From Eledone cirrhosa (lineage: Eukaryota): 64,000 nucleotides of DNA. The stretch covers positions 350,300,001 through 350,364,000 of the forward strand of contig OZ024740.1 of the NCBI GenBank assembly GCA_964016885.1, in the 5' to 3' direction. The notes below the pieces were generated by a model, which worked only from the letters and a program-made list of their open reading frames with translations, did no database searches and was not told the origin of the DNA. Positions 13,272 to 29,026 of this stretch are shown piece by piece. A program made the translations under genes and the position numbers. How positions within the stretch are numbered: the stretch's first letter is position 1; each line of letters starts with the position of its first letter.

Positions 13272-13559
13272 TCTGTTGAGAAGAATTTTGACTGCTATTT
13301 CTAGTTGTCTAATACCTTTTCACGTCACTGAAACGAAACCGCTAACTTGTGTGGACGCAACACGTGGTAACGAATAGTTGAAGATTTGATCTCGCTGTTG
13401 AAGCTCGAATAGCTGGATAATTATCTGAATTCTGACATCCCAGCGAACTAACCATATTCACTGAACCAGAACAATTATCCCACCCCATTTCTCTTGACCA
13501 TTATCTTTTACTTATCATAAAATTCTCTAAAAAGGCTACAGAATGGATTTCCAAATAAG

Positions 13560-14335
<776 letters not shown>

Positions 14336-14385
14336 CTCTCTCTCTATATATATGTATGTGTATATATATATATATGTATATATAT

Positions 14386-16954
<2,569 letters not shown>

Positions 16955-16962
16955 TACACACA

Positions 16963-17017
<55 letters not shown>

Positions 17018-17416
17018 CGGTTGTATATGTTTTTGAATTTACTACCGAAAATTTCATTTTGTTCATTTGAGCTACTTTATAAAAAGAAATCCACTTCTTT
17101 TTGAAACTTATGAATCGTTTCTATTACTTGTTATGAAATTGATTTGAGAAGCTTGATTTGTCGTTCCTTGCAATAAGATTTGTAAATACACACAAAGAAA
17201 AGTATAATGTCGTACGCATTAAGGCCACCAGATGTACCATAGTACTTACAAGAAAAGTTTATCATTTTGTCATAAATAATCGGATTATATTTATTCAATT
17301 TTCATGATAATTGTATCGTATTGTATTAGTTATTAAAAATTTATTATATCTTGTTCAATAAATCATTTTAGTATATATATATATATAAAGAATCTTGCTA
17401 AACAAATCCAGAAACG

Positions 17417-17459
<43 letters not shown>

Positions 17460-17467
17460 CGCACCCG

Positions 17468-17502
<35 letters not shown>

Positions 17503-17636
17503 GCAGACGTTATATTTAATTTGTTGGGATTCAACAAGCTTAAACATTTTTATAACTGATATAAAGCACTCAACAGCTTAGTGGAATAAATACACAATAT
17601 ATTAATAAATGGAAACTATATTTATAAAACCATATT

Positions 17637-17702
17637 TATTTTATTATACATATTTCAAGGGCAACCAAGGCAAATTATGGTGCGCTTTCATCAGATAAAA
17701 TA
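17637..17702 (-). ncRNA. Type I HHR in solo pLTR-like fragment (~17505-17830)
   Basis: Minus strand: TATTTTAT-CTGATGA-AAGCGCACC...GGTTGCCCTT-GAAA-TATGTA-TA-ATAAAATA; 8-bp stem I. Confidence 0.65.
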
Positions 17703-17954
17703 CAGATTTGTTTTATAAATAAATATTGACATACCCGGAAAAAAAAGACAACCTTAACGGTTGGAGCTTCCTGGATAGTGGAGATAGTACATTTATTGAG
17801 GGTGATACAAAATTATGAGTGAGTATGCAAATATATATATATATACATATAAATAAATATATATATATATATATATATACATATAAATAAATATATATAT
17901 ATATATATATAGAACAAAGCGCTTATTTGAAGATGTTAAAATATACATAATAAT

Positions 17955-18110
17955 TGTTTCTACTTTTGGCACAAGGCCAGCAATTACATTACTTGTACCT
18001 TATTTTTTCGACCCCGTAGAAAGGCAAAGTGAACCTCGGCGGGATTTGAACTCAGACTATAAAGGGGCGTAACCCTATGCTACAAAGCATTCTACCTATA
18101 CTGCCAATCC
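17955..18110 (-). mobile_element. tRNA-derived SINE fragment (octopus-type family)
   Basis: Reverse complement of GAGTTCAAATCCCGCCGAGGT..CTTTGCCTTTC..GGGGTCGA..GTAC..GCTGGCCTTGTGCC; B-box GTTCAAATCC. Confidence 0.75.
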
Positions 18111-18152
18111 CCCTAAACGAAGCATAATACTATTTATTAAATAGACTTCTTA

Positions 18153-18332
18153 GGGCGGTGGATTGGCACTATCGACAGAGCGTCGGACATGCTTTGCAAC
18201 ATAAAATTACGCCCCTTTACGTTCTGAGTTCAAACGAGGTCGATAAAATAAGTTACCAGTAATTCACTGGGTTCGATTTAATACTTTCCGCTTCCTTCAA
18301 ATTATTGCCCTTGTGTCAAATGTAGAAACTAT
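18153..18332 (+). mobile_element. tRNA-derived SINE, degraded (same family)
   Basis: GGCGGTGGATTGGCA..TTACGTTCTGAGTTCAAA..GGTCGATAAAATAAG..CCTTGTG..TAGAAAC. Confidence 0.7.
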
Positions 18333-20264
18333 TAATTAGAAGCTTTCAGTGTATAATGAATGGCGTGTTCTCCTTTAGCATTTCCTTAGGATTATATGTA
18401 CTTTACACTTCCTTATTTTCACGGCGAAGGCCTCTTATTAAAAATAGGTAGTAATACCTACATTACATTTTCCTTAATTTTTGTAGTTGCGCGTTGGTGA
18501 CTGACTGCATTGAGTAGGAGATTGTACATATTATTTGATTTAGTAATATTGGAATTAGTAGTTAAAAGGCAACTGCTAGTGACGTGTATTCCATTTATAT
18601 ATATTTTTGAATTAAAGGGGCACTTTTAATATGAAGTAAAAAATGAACAAGGGGTCAAGCACCTCCTTCCCCGAGCGTACTCATTCTACACATGTATCCA
18701 CAGATGTCAATATATAATTCGTTCCTGTTTTCCAAACCGTGTTTACTCTTGATTACGCACTTTATCTAATTCTCTCTAATTTCTAATATTCTCTAATATA
18801 TCTTCATCTATTCTGACAAAACTCATTAGATGTATAGATGTCGTTTCATGTCTTGTTTGAATGCTATTTGAATTTCGTTTTTAAAATATCATTTCGTTTT
18901 GCCAAAGAAAAATCTTTCATTAATATAACTTGTCTGGTCGTCTAATATCGGTTTTGCCCGAGGACAAAAAGTTACTATAGTAATGTTTAAAAAAAAAAAA
19001 CTAACATGAGAGTAAAAAAAAAAGATGAAACTGTTTATTGACAAAAGTTTAAGTAAATGAAAAAAAGATAAGGTAACTAAATTATATTATTTATCAAATA
19101 TGATTTTGATTTCTAATAGAGGAATAAAGGTCAGAATATTTCTGGGGGAACTAAAGTTGTTCATTTGATCCTCAGTTCCTCAGTATTTGCCTGGCAGTTA
19201 TTTTATTGACCTCGAAAAGAAAGGCAAAATCGTCCTTGATGGAATTTTAAACTAAAGAACTTTTAGCAGGGTAGAAGTATGAAGGTTGTCAGTGTGGCAG
19301 TGTCCAGTGTAGCTGTGGCCAGTGGTCACAGTGTGGTAAAGTGATCGTATCCTCGTTGGATTGTCTTGTCGACATAGACGTGAGGGAAGGTCCCTCGATC
19401 TATTTATCATCTTTGTATTTACAATATTCCTTTCGTCAGGTCGCCAATTCCAGCAGCATGGATTATAGATGTTATTGAGACACGAGTAACACAATAATGA
19501 TTTCAACAGCAGAAATTAGAGATGAAATGTATGTTTATTTTTGATGTAGCACAAACAATGTTTGTTAACTTATATGGTTGAGGTTACACATAAAAAGAGG
19601 TTACAAAAGGGAATGTGCCATTGCGCCGGAAAGCCGGCGAGGCTAGGGTGCAAAATCTCACCGTTACATTATGCGTGTTGCTGGTTCGAAGTTCCCGGTA
19701 CAAGAGACAGATTCTTCAAATCTTCGCGGGGAATTTCTTCCTCAGGGCGCGTAGGGATACATCCTCTTCTACTGGCGCTGATTGAACTGAGCCAAATCAC
19801 GCACAGAGAATGTATGTGAACCCGCGGAATGTAGGTCACTACAAACTATTACGAAATCTTAAGAAATACCACGAGAAATTCCGTTTTGCCTGCTGCTCTT
19901 CTAATTCTATCATTCACCACCCAAATAAAGCACAGGTTAACAATAAAGAATAAAACTTCAAAGGTTATACATACCCACTCATCTAATAGGACTTAATTAG
20001 AATTTTAAAGAAATACGAAAAACAAAATGGATTCGAAATTAAGACATACCTGATGTAAAAAATTAATAACTACATAAATACATAGATATGAAAATAAAAA
20101 GAAGTCAAGTAAGAGGCTAGAATTGAATAACTAGAAAGATAAACTAAAATATTTTCTATTTGAGAGCTTTATATGATAGGAAAGTAACGTAGAAGGATAA
20201 TGAAAAATAAGTTACAAACACACACTCACATACAAACAAATCTATCCCCCCTCTCTCTCTATCG

Positions 20265-20373
<109 letters not shown>

Positions 20374-20401
20374 TCGCTTACTTAAATATATAAAAAAAAA
20401 A

Positions 20402-20830
20402 AATTAAGTTAGCGACAATGTCGCTACTTTAAAACAATAGCACATGGTCTTCAAAATGCTTTTAATTAAGCATACAGTGTATTGCAAAATACACTATATA
20501 TACATTCATATATATATATCGCTATTTCAGAGCACCAATTCTAATTTTCAATTTCTGCTGGGCCGGCGACCGCTCCGTCAAATCAGTTCCTGATTGTTAC
20601 TGGAATTCTATAAGAATCCAACATACATAATTTTCGGCAGACAGGGAGAGTACTGAGTTTTGACAAGTACCAATCAGTATTAAATAGCACTGTCAATTTA
20701 TCTCCCCCTGCCTGCCAAAAATTTAAGTAAGCGACAATATCGCTACTTTAAAACAATAGCGTATGGTCTTCAAAATGCTTTTAATTAAGCATACAGTGTA
20801 TTGAAAAATACACTATATATACATTCATAT
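20402..20830 (+). mobile_element. 319-bp sister unit of the 310-bp array (~1.3 copies), without an HHR
   Basis: AGCGACAAT at 20411 and 20730; shares GGTCTTCAAAATG, ATATATCGCTATTTCAGAGCA, AATTTCTGC, CCGGC.ACCGCTC, CAGTTCCT and ATTCTATAAG with the array unit, in the same order. Confidence 0.8.
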
Positions 20831-20854
20831 ATATATATATAGATAGATAGATAA

Positions 20855-23800
20855 ATCTACCAAAATATACGGTAGTGTCTAATCCGTATGAAGAACTCAA
20901 TGTAATCCAAATATCATGAAAAGAGAAGATGCATTCAAAGATTTTCGATGAAAATCCCAGGAAAACAGAGTCAAGATAAATTAATAAAAACAATGAATAA
21001 AAACAAAGAACAAGTTCCTTATATTAAAAAATGTCATCATTTTACGATCGTTTCTAGGATATATATGTGTGTTGGTATGTATATCATATAGATCTATGTA
21101 AAAAATTTACAAACTATCAGAGGAAATATACATACCTTCACATATATATGCTGTCTTAAGAAATAATGATATTTGTTTATTGAAAAAAAACAACAAAGAT
21201 TTAATATAATAGGTCTGTTTGGGAAGAGGTTTTGAATTGACCAATAGAAAAGTAGTAAGAGGTCAAGTTGATAGAATAGTAGTAGTAGAAATTTAATTTA
21301 GGGGTAGAGGAATGCAGACTTAAGTTTTGAATGGAAAGAATACTTTGAATGAAAAGAATACTTTGGGGATGAAAAGAGGTCAAGCCGGTGAAGGGTACAC
21401 GAAAATTTGATGCTATTAAAGAATAATGTTAATGTTAAAACCGAAGGAGAATAAAATTTTAGGGTAAAGGTGTTAGTGAAAAATACCAATCTTATTTAAA
21501 ACACAAGGAATTTAGATCTATAACAAGAAATTAAAGTAATTGATAGGTATACTTATAGGGATACATTTATATTAATTCATATGGGTGTGATAAATAAGAA
21601 TTAGATGTTATTAAAGAATGTTGTTAAAAACGAGGGAAAATAAAATTTTGGTATAAATGTAGTAGTGAGAAATACCAATCTTATATCGACTACAAGGAAT
21701 CTAGATTCATAACAGGAAATTAAATTAATTTATATGTATACTTTTAAGTATTAATTTTAGGAAAAGAGAACTGTAAGAAGGAAATAAAATTATGAAGTTC
21801 TCTGTAGTAAAGTACTAATTATAGGTTAACTAAATAAAAAAAAAATAATTATAATAATATGTAAAATATAAGTGTAAGGTGTATATTAATTAGGTTTATA
21901 ATATTTGAAAGTTCTTCTAATTCTATGATTGCAAGATATAATTAATTCTTGTCGCTTATTTAATAGGATATCCTTAGATTTCATTATTTCAAAAAGTTCC
22001 TGGGAGCATAATCTACACTCATATCTGTTATTTTGATAAGGAGTGGCCCTTTTGAGCACACTCCAGGTCAGGTTGTAATCGATATTCTTTTTTCTATAAT
22101 TATTAATTGTTTCAGCCAATGATGTTGTATTAGCTAATGCGGCATTTAAAAAACTAAATTGGTTAGACGTAGCTCCTATATATGAATAAATTGAGTCCTT
22201 AGTGCTAATTTTACATTTATATACTATGTTATTAATAAGACAATTTCCCTTTAATGGGCAATTTCTTTTGTTTCTACAGTTACAACCATTTAGTCAAATT
22301 TGGTGTGAAATTTACTCGAATTGTTATATGTGAAGGAGATGGTGGTTTGTTGCGGTTTATTTTAGTATTATGGTTGGTTTGATGTGTTGGTGGTATATTC
22401 GTGGTTTTTTTACATTTATATGCATTGTGCGCACTTATATTTTGTTGTACATTTTAGTAGTGGAGTAGGAAAATTTGACAGTTGATCTATTTAAAATTTG
22501 ATGGTGTTTATGGTTTGGCTGGAAGTTTTTCTCTAGGATAGTAAAAAATGTTTTAGGGATATTATCTTTAATTTGTAGATTAAATGGAGCATTATACCAA
22601 GTAACTCGTCTATTACGGTTTCGATGTTGTTTTTTATATTTATACGATGTATCAGGATGTTTACTAAGAGAATTAGTATTAGTGAATTTATTATATATAG
22701 GTTTAGTTAGATTAACTGATTTAGGTGTTTTAGTCTGATTATTAGGAATTTTGTTAGTAATGTTATTTACGTATATTGGAGTATTAGGATGAATGGTTTT
22801 TTGAAAGTTATATTTTATGTGAGAAGAGGTAGAAAAATTAAGTTTTAGGTTGGTAATTTTGGGTGTAGTGTGAGTGGCATTTAGGTGTGTGTTTTTCATT
22901 TGGTGTTTGTTGGTAATATTGGGTTCTATGTTTGAAGTATTATTGGTGCAAGGTATATAGACTAATTTGTTTTTGTCGCCGCTTCTAGCTAAAGCTTCGT
23001 TATAAAAGGGCGCATTTTTATCGAATACATCATGGTTAGTTGAAAGGTTAGAAATTCTGAGTGAGATATTATATGCTAGGTTTTTAAGGATAGATCTAGG
23101 GTGATTGGATTGTGAGTGTATGTAATGTAAGTTTTGGTTAGGTTTATGGTACCCGTAGATAAGTCTAAAGCTATATCTAGGAGATTAACTATTTTACTGG
23201 TATTTTCAAATGTAATAGTGAGACTATAATAGTCTTTGAGGAAAGTTCTAATAAGTTTTTTTTATTTTTTTCAATTTCTGATAGGCTAATGTTAGTGGAG
23301 AGAAGAAGACAGTCATCACGATATAATCCACCTTTAAGGTGGGGAAAAGAAGAATTTATGTTAAATAGAAGAAAGAGGCCCACAAGATCGGTAATTTGGG
23401 CAGAATCACTAGAGCCCATAGTAATGTCGAATAGATTATTATATGTATTATTATTAATATTAATATTATCACGCACGCTAGACAAACACTACTGGAATTT
23501 CAGAAGGAATACTGGACCAGAAATACATCTAATTCTTATTTATCACATCCATATGAATTAATATAAATTTATCCCTATAAGTATACCTATCAATTAATTT
23601 AATTTCTTGTTATAGATCTAAATTCCTTGTGTTTTAAATAAGCTTGGTATTTTTCACTAATACCTTTACCCTGAAATTTTATTCTCCTTCGGTTTTAACA
23701 TTAACATTATTCTTTAATAGTATCAAATTTTCGTGTACCCTTCACCGGCTCGACCTCTTTTCATCCCCAAAGTATTCTTTTCATTCAAAGTATTCTTTCC

Positions 23801-24165
23801 ATTCAAAACTTAAGTCTGCATTCCTCTACCCCTAAATTAAATTTCTACTACTACTATTCTATCAACTTGACCTCTTACTACTTTTCTATTGGTCAATTCA
23901 AAACCTCTTCCCAAACAGACCTATTATATTAAATCTTTGTTGTTTTTTTTTCAATAAACAAATATCATTATTTCTGAAGAGAGCATATATATGTGAAGGT
24001 ATGTATATTTCCTCTGATAGTTTGTAAATTTTTTACATAGATCTATATGATATACATACCAACACACATATATATCCTAGAAACGATCGTAAAATGATGA
24101 ATATTTTAATATAAGGAACTTGTTCTTTGTTTTTATTCATTGTTTTTATTAATTTATATTTATAT
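20855..24165 (-). mobile_element. Second Naiad-like PLE, degraded, with ~630-bp inverted 3'-end copy
   Basis: FDITMGSSDSAQ, GGLYRDD (23189-23485), WYNAPFN (22435-22899), CNC..CPLKGNC..IVYKC..YIG, CRLCSQE..LLNKRQE..CNH (21886-22119); ~20980-21610 inverted at ~23525-24153. Confidence 0.88.
23966..24099 (+). ncRNA. Type I HHR with long stem II insertion; left copy (21035-21168, minus) has mutated core CTTAAGA
   Basis: CATTATTT-CTGAAGA-GAGCATATATATGTG...CACATATATATCCTA-GAAA-CGATCG-TA-AAATGATG; 8-bp stem I, palindromic stem III. Confidence 0.7.
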
Positions 24166-25319
24166 ATATTTTTTTCCAGAATAGTAGGAGGGGGCGCACA
24201 CAGGACACAGAGAACGGAAAAAAAACAACAACGGAAAAAACGGACATTCCCATCTCCTCAGTTAGCCTCTGGAAATCGTTATAGTTACACTGTATTAATA
24301 TTAATACTGTTCATTCCTGTGAACATTGGGGCGCAACAAAAAGAATAAAAACACAGGACAAGTCACACCTTTCAATTGATTACGTAAATCAAGACGGAAA
24401 TAATTCAAAGTGCATCAACTGAAAAAGAAGAGAAAGAGCGGTGTGCGAAGGCTTAGCCAAAGGAGAAAAGTTTATATATATATATATATAGCTAGGTGAA
24501 TAACTATAGTTACAGGCGGCGTGTCGTTCTTGTTATAAAGTGCATACAATTATTTATGCGAATATTCAGTCTTTTATATGGTATGAATAGAAATATATAA
24601 ACTCAGTTGAATTTAGCGACACTGATAGATCGTACATTATGAATGCATTACATGAAAGTTTCACGAGATAACGGTTTATTATTATGGACTTTTAATACCC
24701 TATTATTATGGACTTTTAATACACTATAGGAAGCTCTCCGAAAACAGACCATTTCTTCTCACCTTATGAAACTTTCAAATCTATTTTTATTTCATGTTAT
24801 CCTCACAATAACAGCTGAAATATATATTCATTGTTATACACAACAACAATGTATTCTCACTAGCAACCATAGTTTGTTAATAAATGTAGTTTCCTTACTA
24901 TGCAAGAATAGATTTGAAAAATCATACAATATTGACTAATATTCCCAGAACTTCGATCATAACAGGTTTCATACATTCGTTTAACTATTTGAGCCTAGGC
25001 GCAATTCTTGTTCTTATTGCCAATATATTTGTTTAATTATTAACTTAGCTATCCATAAATTCTTAATACAAGAATTTATTAGGGATCATTAAATTTATGC
25101 TAATGTCATTAATTTTATTCCACAACTGGCTTCGACCAACTCTAATTTAATTGATTATTTAAGTACATACCCGGTGATTATTTCAGTTAATGCAGCGGCA
25201 ACATTTACATGTAACTCTTTGTATAGCGAAGTTGTCATAGGATGTATAATATACCTACATATCAAAATTATTTCCATTTTTCTGTTTTTATGCCATGTCA
25301 TGCTATGAACCCTGAACTT

Positions 25320-25542
25320 CAGGTGGAGCCCATTCCTCTTTTAACAGGTACTATATCTATTGGTTTTGAATGAATCGATCCCAGTACTGGACAGGTATAT
25401 TTTGTATCGACCTCGAAAGGACGAATGGCAAAGTTGACCTCGGCGCAATTTGACCCCAGAACATTGAGAGCCGGAGCGAATATTGCAAAGCAATCTTTCC
25501 AACGTCGTAACGGCCCTGAATTTGCCACCTTTTTCTGCCAAT
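25320..25542 (-). mobile_element. tRNA-derived SINE (octopus-type)
   Basis: Reverse complement of GGTCAAATTGCGCCGAGGTCAACTTTGCC..TTTCGAGGTCGATA..CCAGTACTGGGATCGAT. Confidence 0.7.
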
Positions 25543-26149
25543 TCGACGCCGTATTCCGCTAATACACCGCTTTTCCTATTTCTCCTGTATTCAATCCAAT
25601 TTAATTTGTAATTTAATATCGCATTTTATATTCATTACGTTATTAATTTTACTATTATACTATTAATTTTATATTCATAGATTTATTAATTGTACTATTG
25701 AAACATATAACAAATTAGAAATATTGAAATCCAAATACAGATTCGCTTCAATGACCATAGCGATAGAAAATCTGGTAAAATGCCTTTAGGTACAGAAATA
25801 TGTGGCTTGCAGTCACTACAGAGAATCTGTATCTTTTGAATTCCAAATGGCAGCTGACAACAGCTTCTATATCAGATAGAAACTATTTACAATAGCTTTA
25901 GCTATTAGAGCCAGAAGTAAACATATCCTACGATTGTAGTTTCTATATAAACTACGTCTCCCAATTAACGCAACTGCCTTTCTTACATATTTACGCACTG
26001 CAGGATCACATGATTAAGTGGTTCCACAAGGAAATATTCGCTATTCACTACATCGTAAATGTCGTAACTGGCAGTTGATCAGCCTTTTGATGTGACGATG
26101 ATCCAGTGTGTAGCTCTCAGCAGAATACAACAAACAGGATAGCATTGTT

Positions 26150-26900
26150 GCTCAATAGACTTGAATTTTGTTGACAATTTTATGCTGAATTATTTGCAAA
26201 ATCAGTCTTTAAGTTTCCCCAAAACGACCGCAGCAGACTGGATGAGGCGATCAAGCTCCCTGTCCAGGGTGTGTCATCAGAATAGTACGGACGAAACATG
26301 TGAATATCTTCACTACTCTTAGAAGCTGATTTGCGATAAAGACAGTTGGCACGCTGGATATTGGTTGGTACATCACTTGATTCAGTTTTACTTTAATTGA
26401 CTGGCCTAAGGTTGTCGCTGCATATTCAAAGGGATGCATAATGTCTGGATATCTTAGAGAGATTGAGCCAGTCATTAGCAAAGAGAAGTTAGCAGATGCA
26501 TATATCACGGCACTTCCTACTGCCTAGAAAGTTTCATTAAACCACTACCCATACTTGTGTGGAAATATATTCCAGCCATGAGCTTGCTCGTCATGTTATC
26601 AAACACACCATCCAGAGATAATGTAAAAAGCACTGGAGCGAATAAACAGCCTTGCTTTACTCAATGGATGACCTTACACTCATAGAATCCACACTGACTT
26701 TCAAGAGGTTTTCTTTCAGATATATATAGTAGTTGTCTGAGTAGTATTTTTGCTTTCCTGCAATGAACTGTGACTATATGAGCGCCTATGAAATGTTTCA
26801 GGTAGATACTATATTGTCATAATTCTTTGAAGAATTAGAAAAGTTCATTGTATTTATAGATTTTCATGTGAATGTTGTCAAAAACAGGAGGCTTCCCCGA
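26150..26900 (-). mobile_element. Highly degraded RTE-clade RT fragment
   Basis: Minus strand VKQGCLFAPVLF, LLFAND-like, and QSIKVKLNQVMYQP matching TVSLKKTVVMYQP of the RTE at 45.6 kb. Confidence 0.55.
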
Positions 26901-27378
26901 TTTTATCTCGTGGATGGCAGTTTACATTTACTCAGTACTGCGTGGTAAAACTATATCTCAGACAGTCAGAAGAAAATAGCTTTTAATCAATTGAAATTAT
27001 AGACCTTAGTATTTAGTGTGAATAAAAAAATATTTTCAGAAGATGCAAGGAAAAAAATCCCAAAATATCGGAAATATTTATGGTAAAAGTGAACCTGATC
27101 TTCGGGAATCATGGTAATATCTCATGTCATGTTTCAGTCTTATTGTACATGTTTAGTCTATTCAATCTATGTCAAGAGCTCAGAACGATTTGTAGGAATA
27201 ATATTTCCTTTCCTGGTTAGGTAAATTAGAGTGATGACATTGGGAAATCTTCCAAGGGTGTATTCTGTGTGAAGTTAAGTGCAGGTTACCATGCTGTAAG
27301 TGATGAACCGAAAATAGTTTTTACTTAATTGAACTTGTGTACATTGAGTGGAAATGCTTCGAAGAGAAGGTGCTACGC

Positions 27379-27422
<44 letters not shown>

Positions 27423-27428
27423 TTGTTG

Positions 27429-27460
<32 letters not shown>

Positions 27461-27485
27461 GGTGGTGGTGGTGGTGGTAGTAGTA
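27379..27485. repeat. Compound (TAG)n(TTG)n(TGG)n microsatellite
   Basis: Direct reading. Confidence 0.95.
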
Positions 27486-27797
27486 ATTTTGGTAATGGTG
27501 GTATCGTTTCAATTTATCTACATTCATCACGTGTAAACAATTACAAAACAACACCACACTACTATATCAAAACGTAAGATACAAGTCAATGAAAAAAATA
27601 CCCTCAGCATTATAGAATATATATGGACACTAAAGGAAGCCTACTAGTGTAGAACATAAAATATCGGAAACATAAATTGAACCATTCATATGGAAAACAT
27701 GTCGCATAAAAACAAACATACTACGAAAATAATATAACAGAATTAACCATATGTGAAGATAATAAAGCAATACATAAATAAACAAATGAATGAATGA

Positions 27798-27946
<149 letters not shown>

Positions 27947-28306
27947 TAACAACAAAATGAAAACTGATGTAGACAAGATATAAGAAATCTGTACTAATAA
28001 GCAAAAAGACACGCATGATTTAATGGAAATAACGAGATGTTTTTGTATATTTTCTTTTCCATTTGTAGAATCAATAAATCGTTGGACGAATGCCTTGCGG
28101 TGTTCAGATATATACCTATATGTTCTATGTTCGAAACCTACTAGGCCCGACATTCACTTTTTATTCTTCAGAAGTCGATTAAATAAGTAAATTCTGGTGT
28201 AATCGTAGGAGCACCGTTGAGATATACGGCGTATCTTATGCACTGTAACCCTGGCAAAGCTCATCTCCTCTCAAAGTGTGAATACAACCAATTTCTTTGA
28301 GAGAAA

Positions 28307-28343
<37 letters not shown>

Positions 28344-28705
28344 CAGAAGAATCGATCTCAGTACTGGGCCAGTACTTTTTTTATTGACATCAAAAGGATG
28401 AAAGTTGATCTTGGTGGGATTTGATCTCAGAGAGCACAGAGAACTGAAACAAATACCAACGTTTTAACGACTCTGCCGATTAGCTGCCTTCAGTGAAGTA
28501 TTGGAGACATTTAAATTTACTATATCCCCCAGCTAGAATTCGAGACCTTGTGCTTATCTTAAAATTGCATTAATACATATAAGGAAATGGCTAACAGACA
28601 GAATCAGTAGTATCTTTTAAATAATGTTGCCGTATTTAGTTAGGTCATTTTATAATTTGAGTTCTAAATCTGAACAATTTTGCTTTTTTTACTTTCGGTA
28701 GTGAA

Positions 28706-29026
28706 TGCGCGTGGCTTTGTGGTTACGGTGTTCGGCTCACGATCATAAAGTCGTGAGTTTGATTCCAGGCGGCGCGTTTTATCCTTGAGCAAGACACTTT
28801 ATTTCACGTTGCTCCAGTCCACGCAGATGTCAAAAACGAGTTCTACCTGTAATTCGAAGGGCCAGCTTTGTCACAGAATGTGTCACACTGAATCTCCCTG
28901 AGAACTACGTTAAATGTACACATGTTTATGGAATACTCAGCCACTTGCACGTTAATTTTCCGAACAGGTTGTTCTATTGATCGTATCAACAGAAATACTC
29001 GTTGCCGTAACCGACGGAGATCCACT
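28706..29026 (+). mobile_element. tRNA-derived SINE with CORE-like central domain (second family)
   Basis: A-box-like GTGGCTTTGTGG, B-box-like GAGTTTGATTCC, then TCCTTGAGCAAGACACTTTA. Confidence 0.7.

Noticed and set aside
19260-19850. Possible host exon in a GC-richer stretch
   Set aside because: No recognisable protein motif or supported splice structure
20631-20720. Assignment to pistol, HDV or twister ribozyme
   Set aside because: TTAAATAG and the pseudoknot are reminiscent of pistol/HDV, but the remaining helices and catalytic residues were not found; kept as unknown
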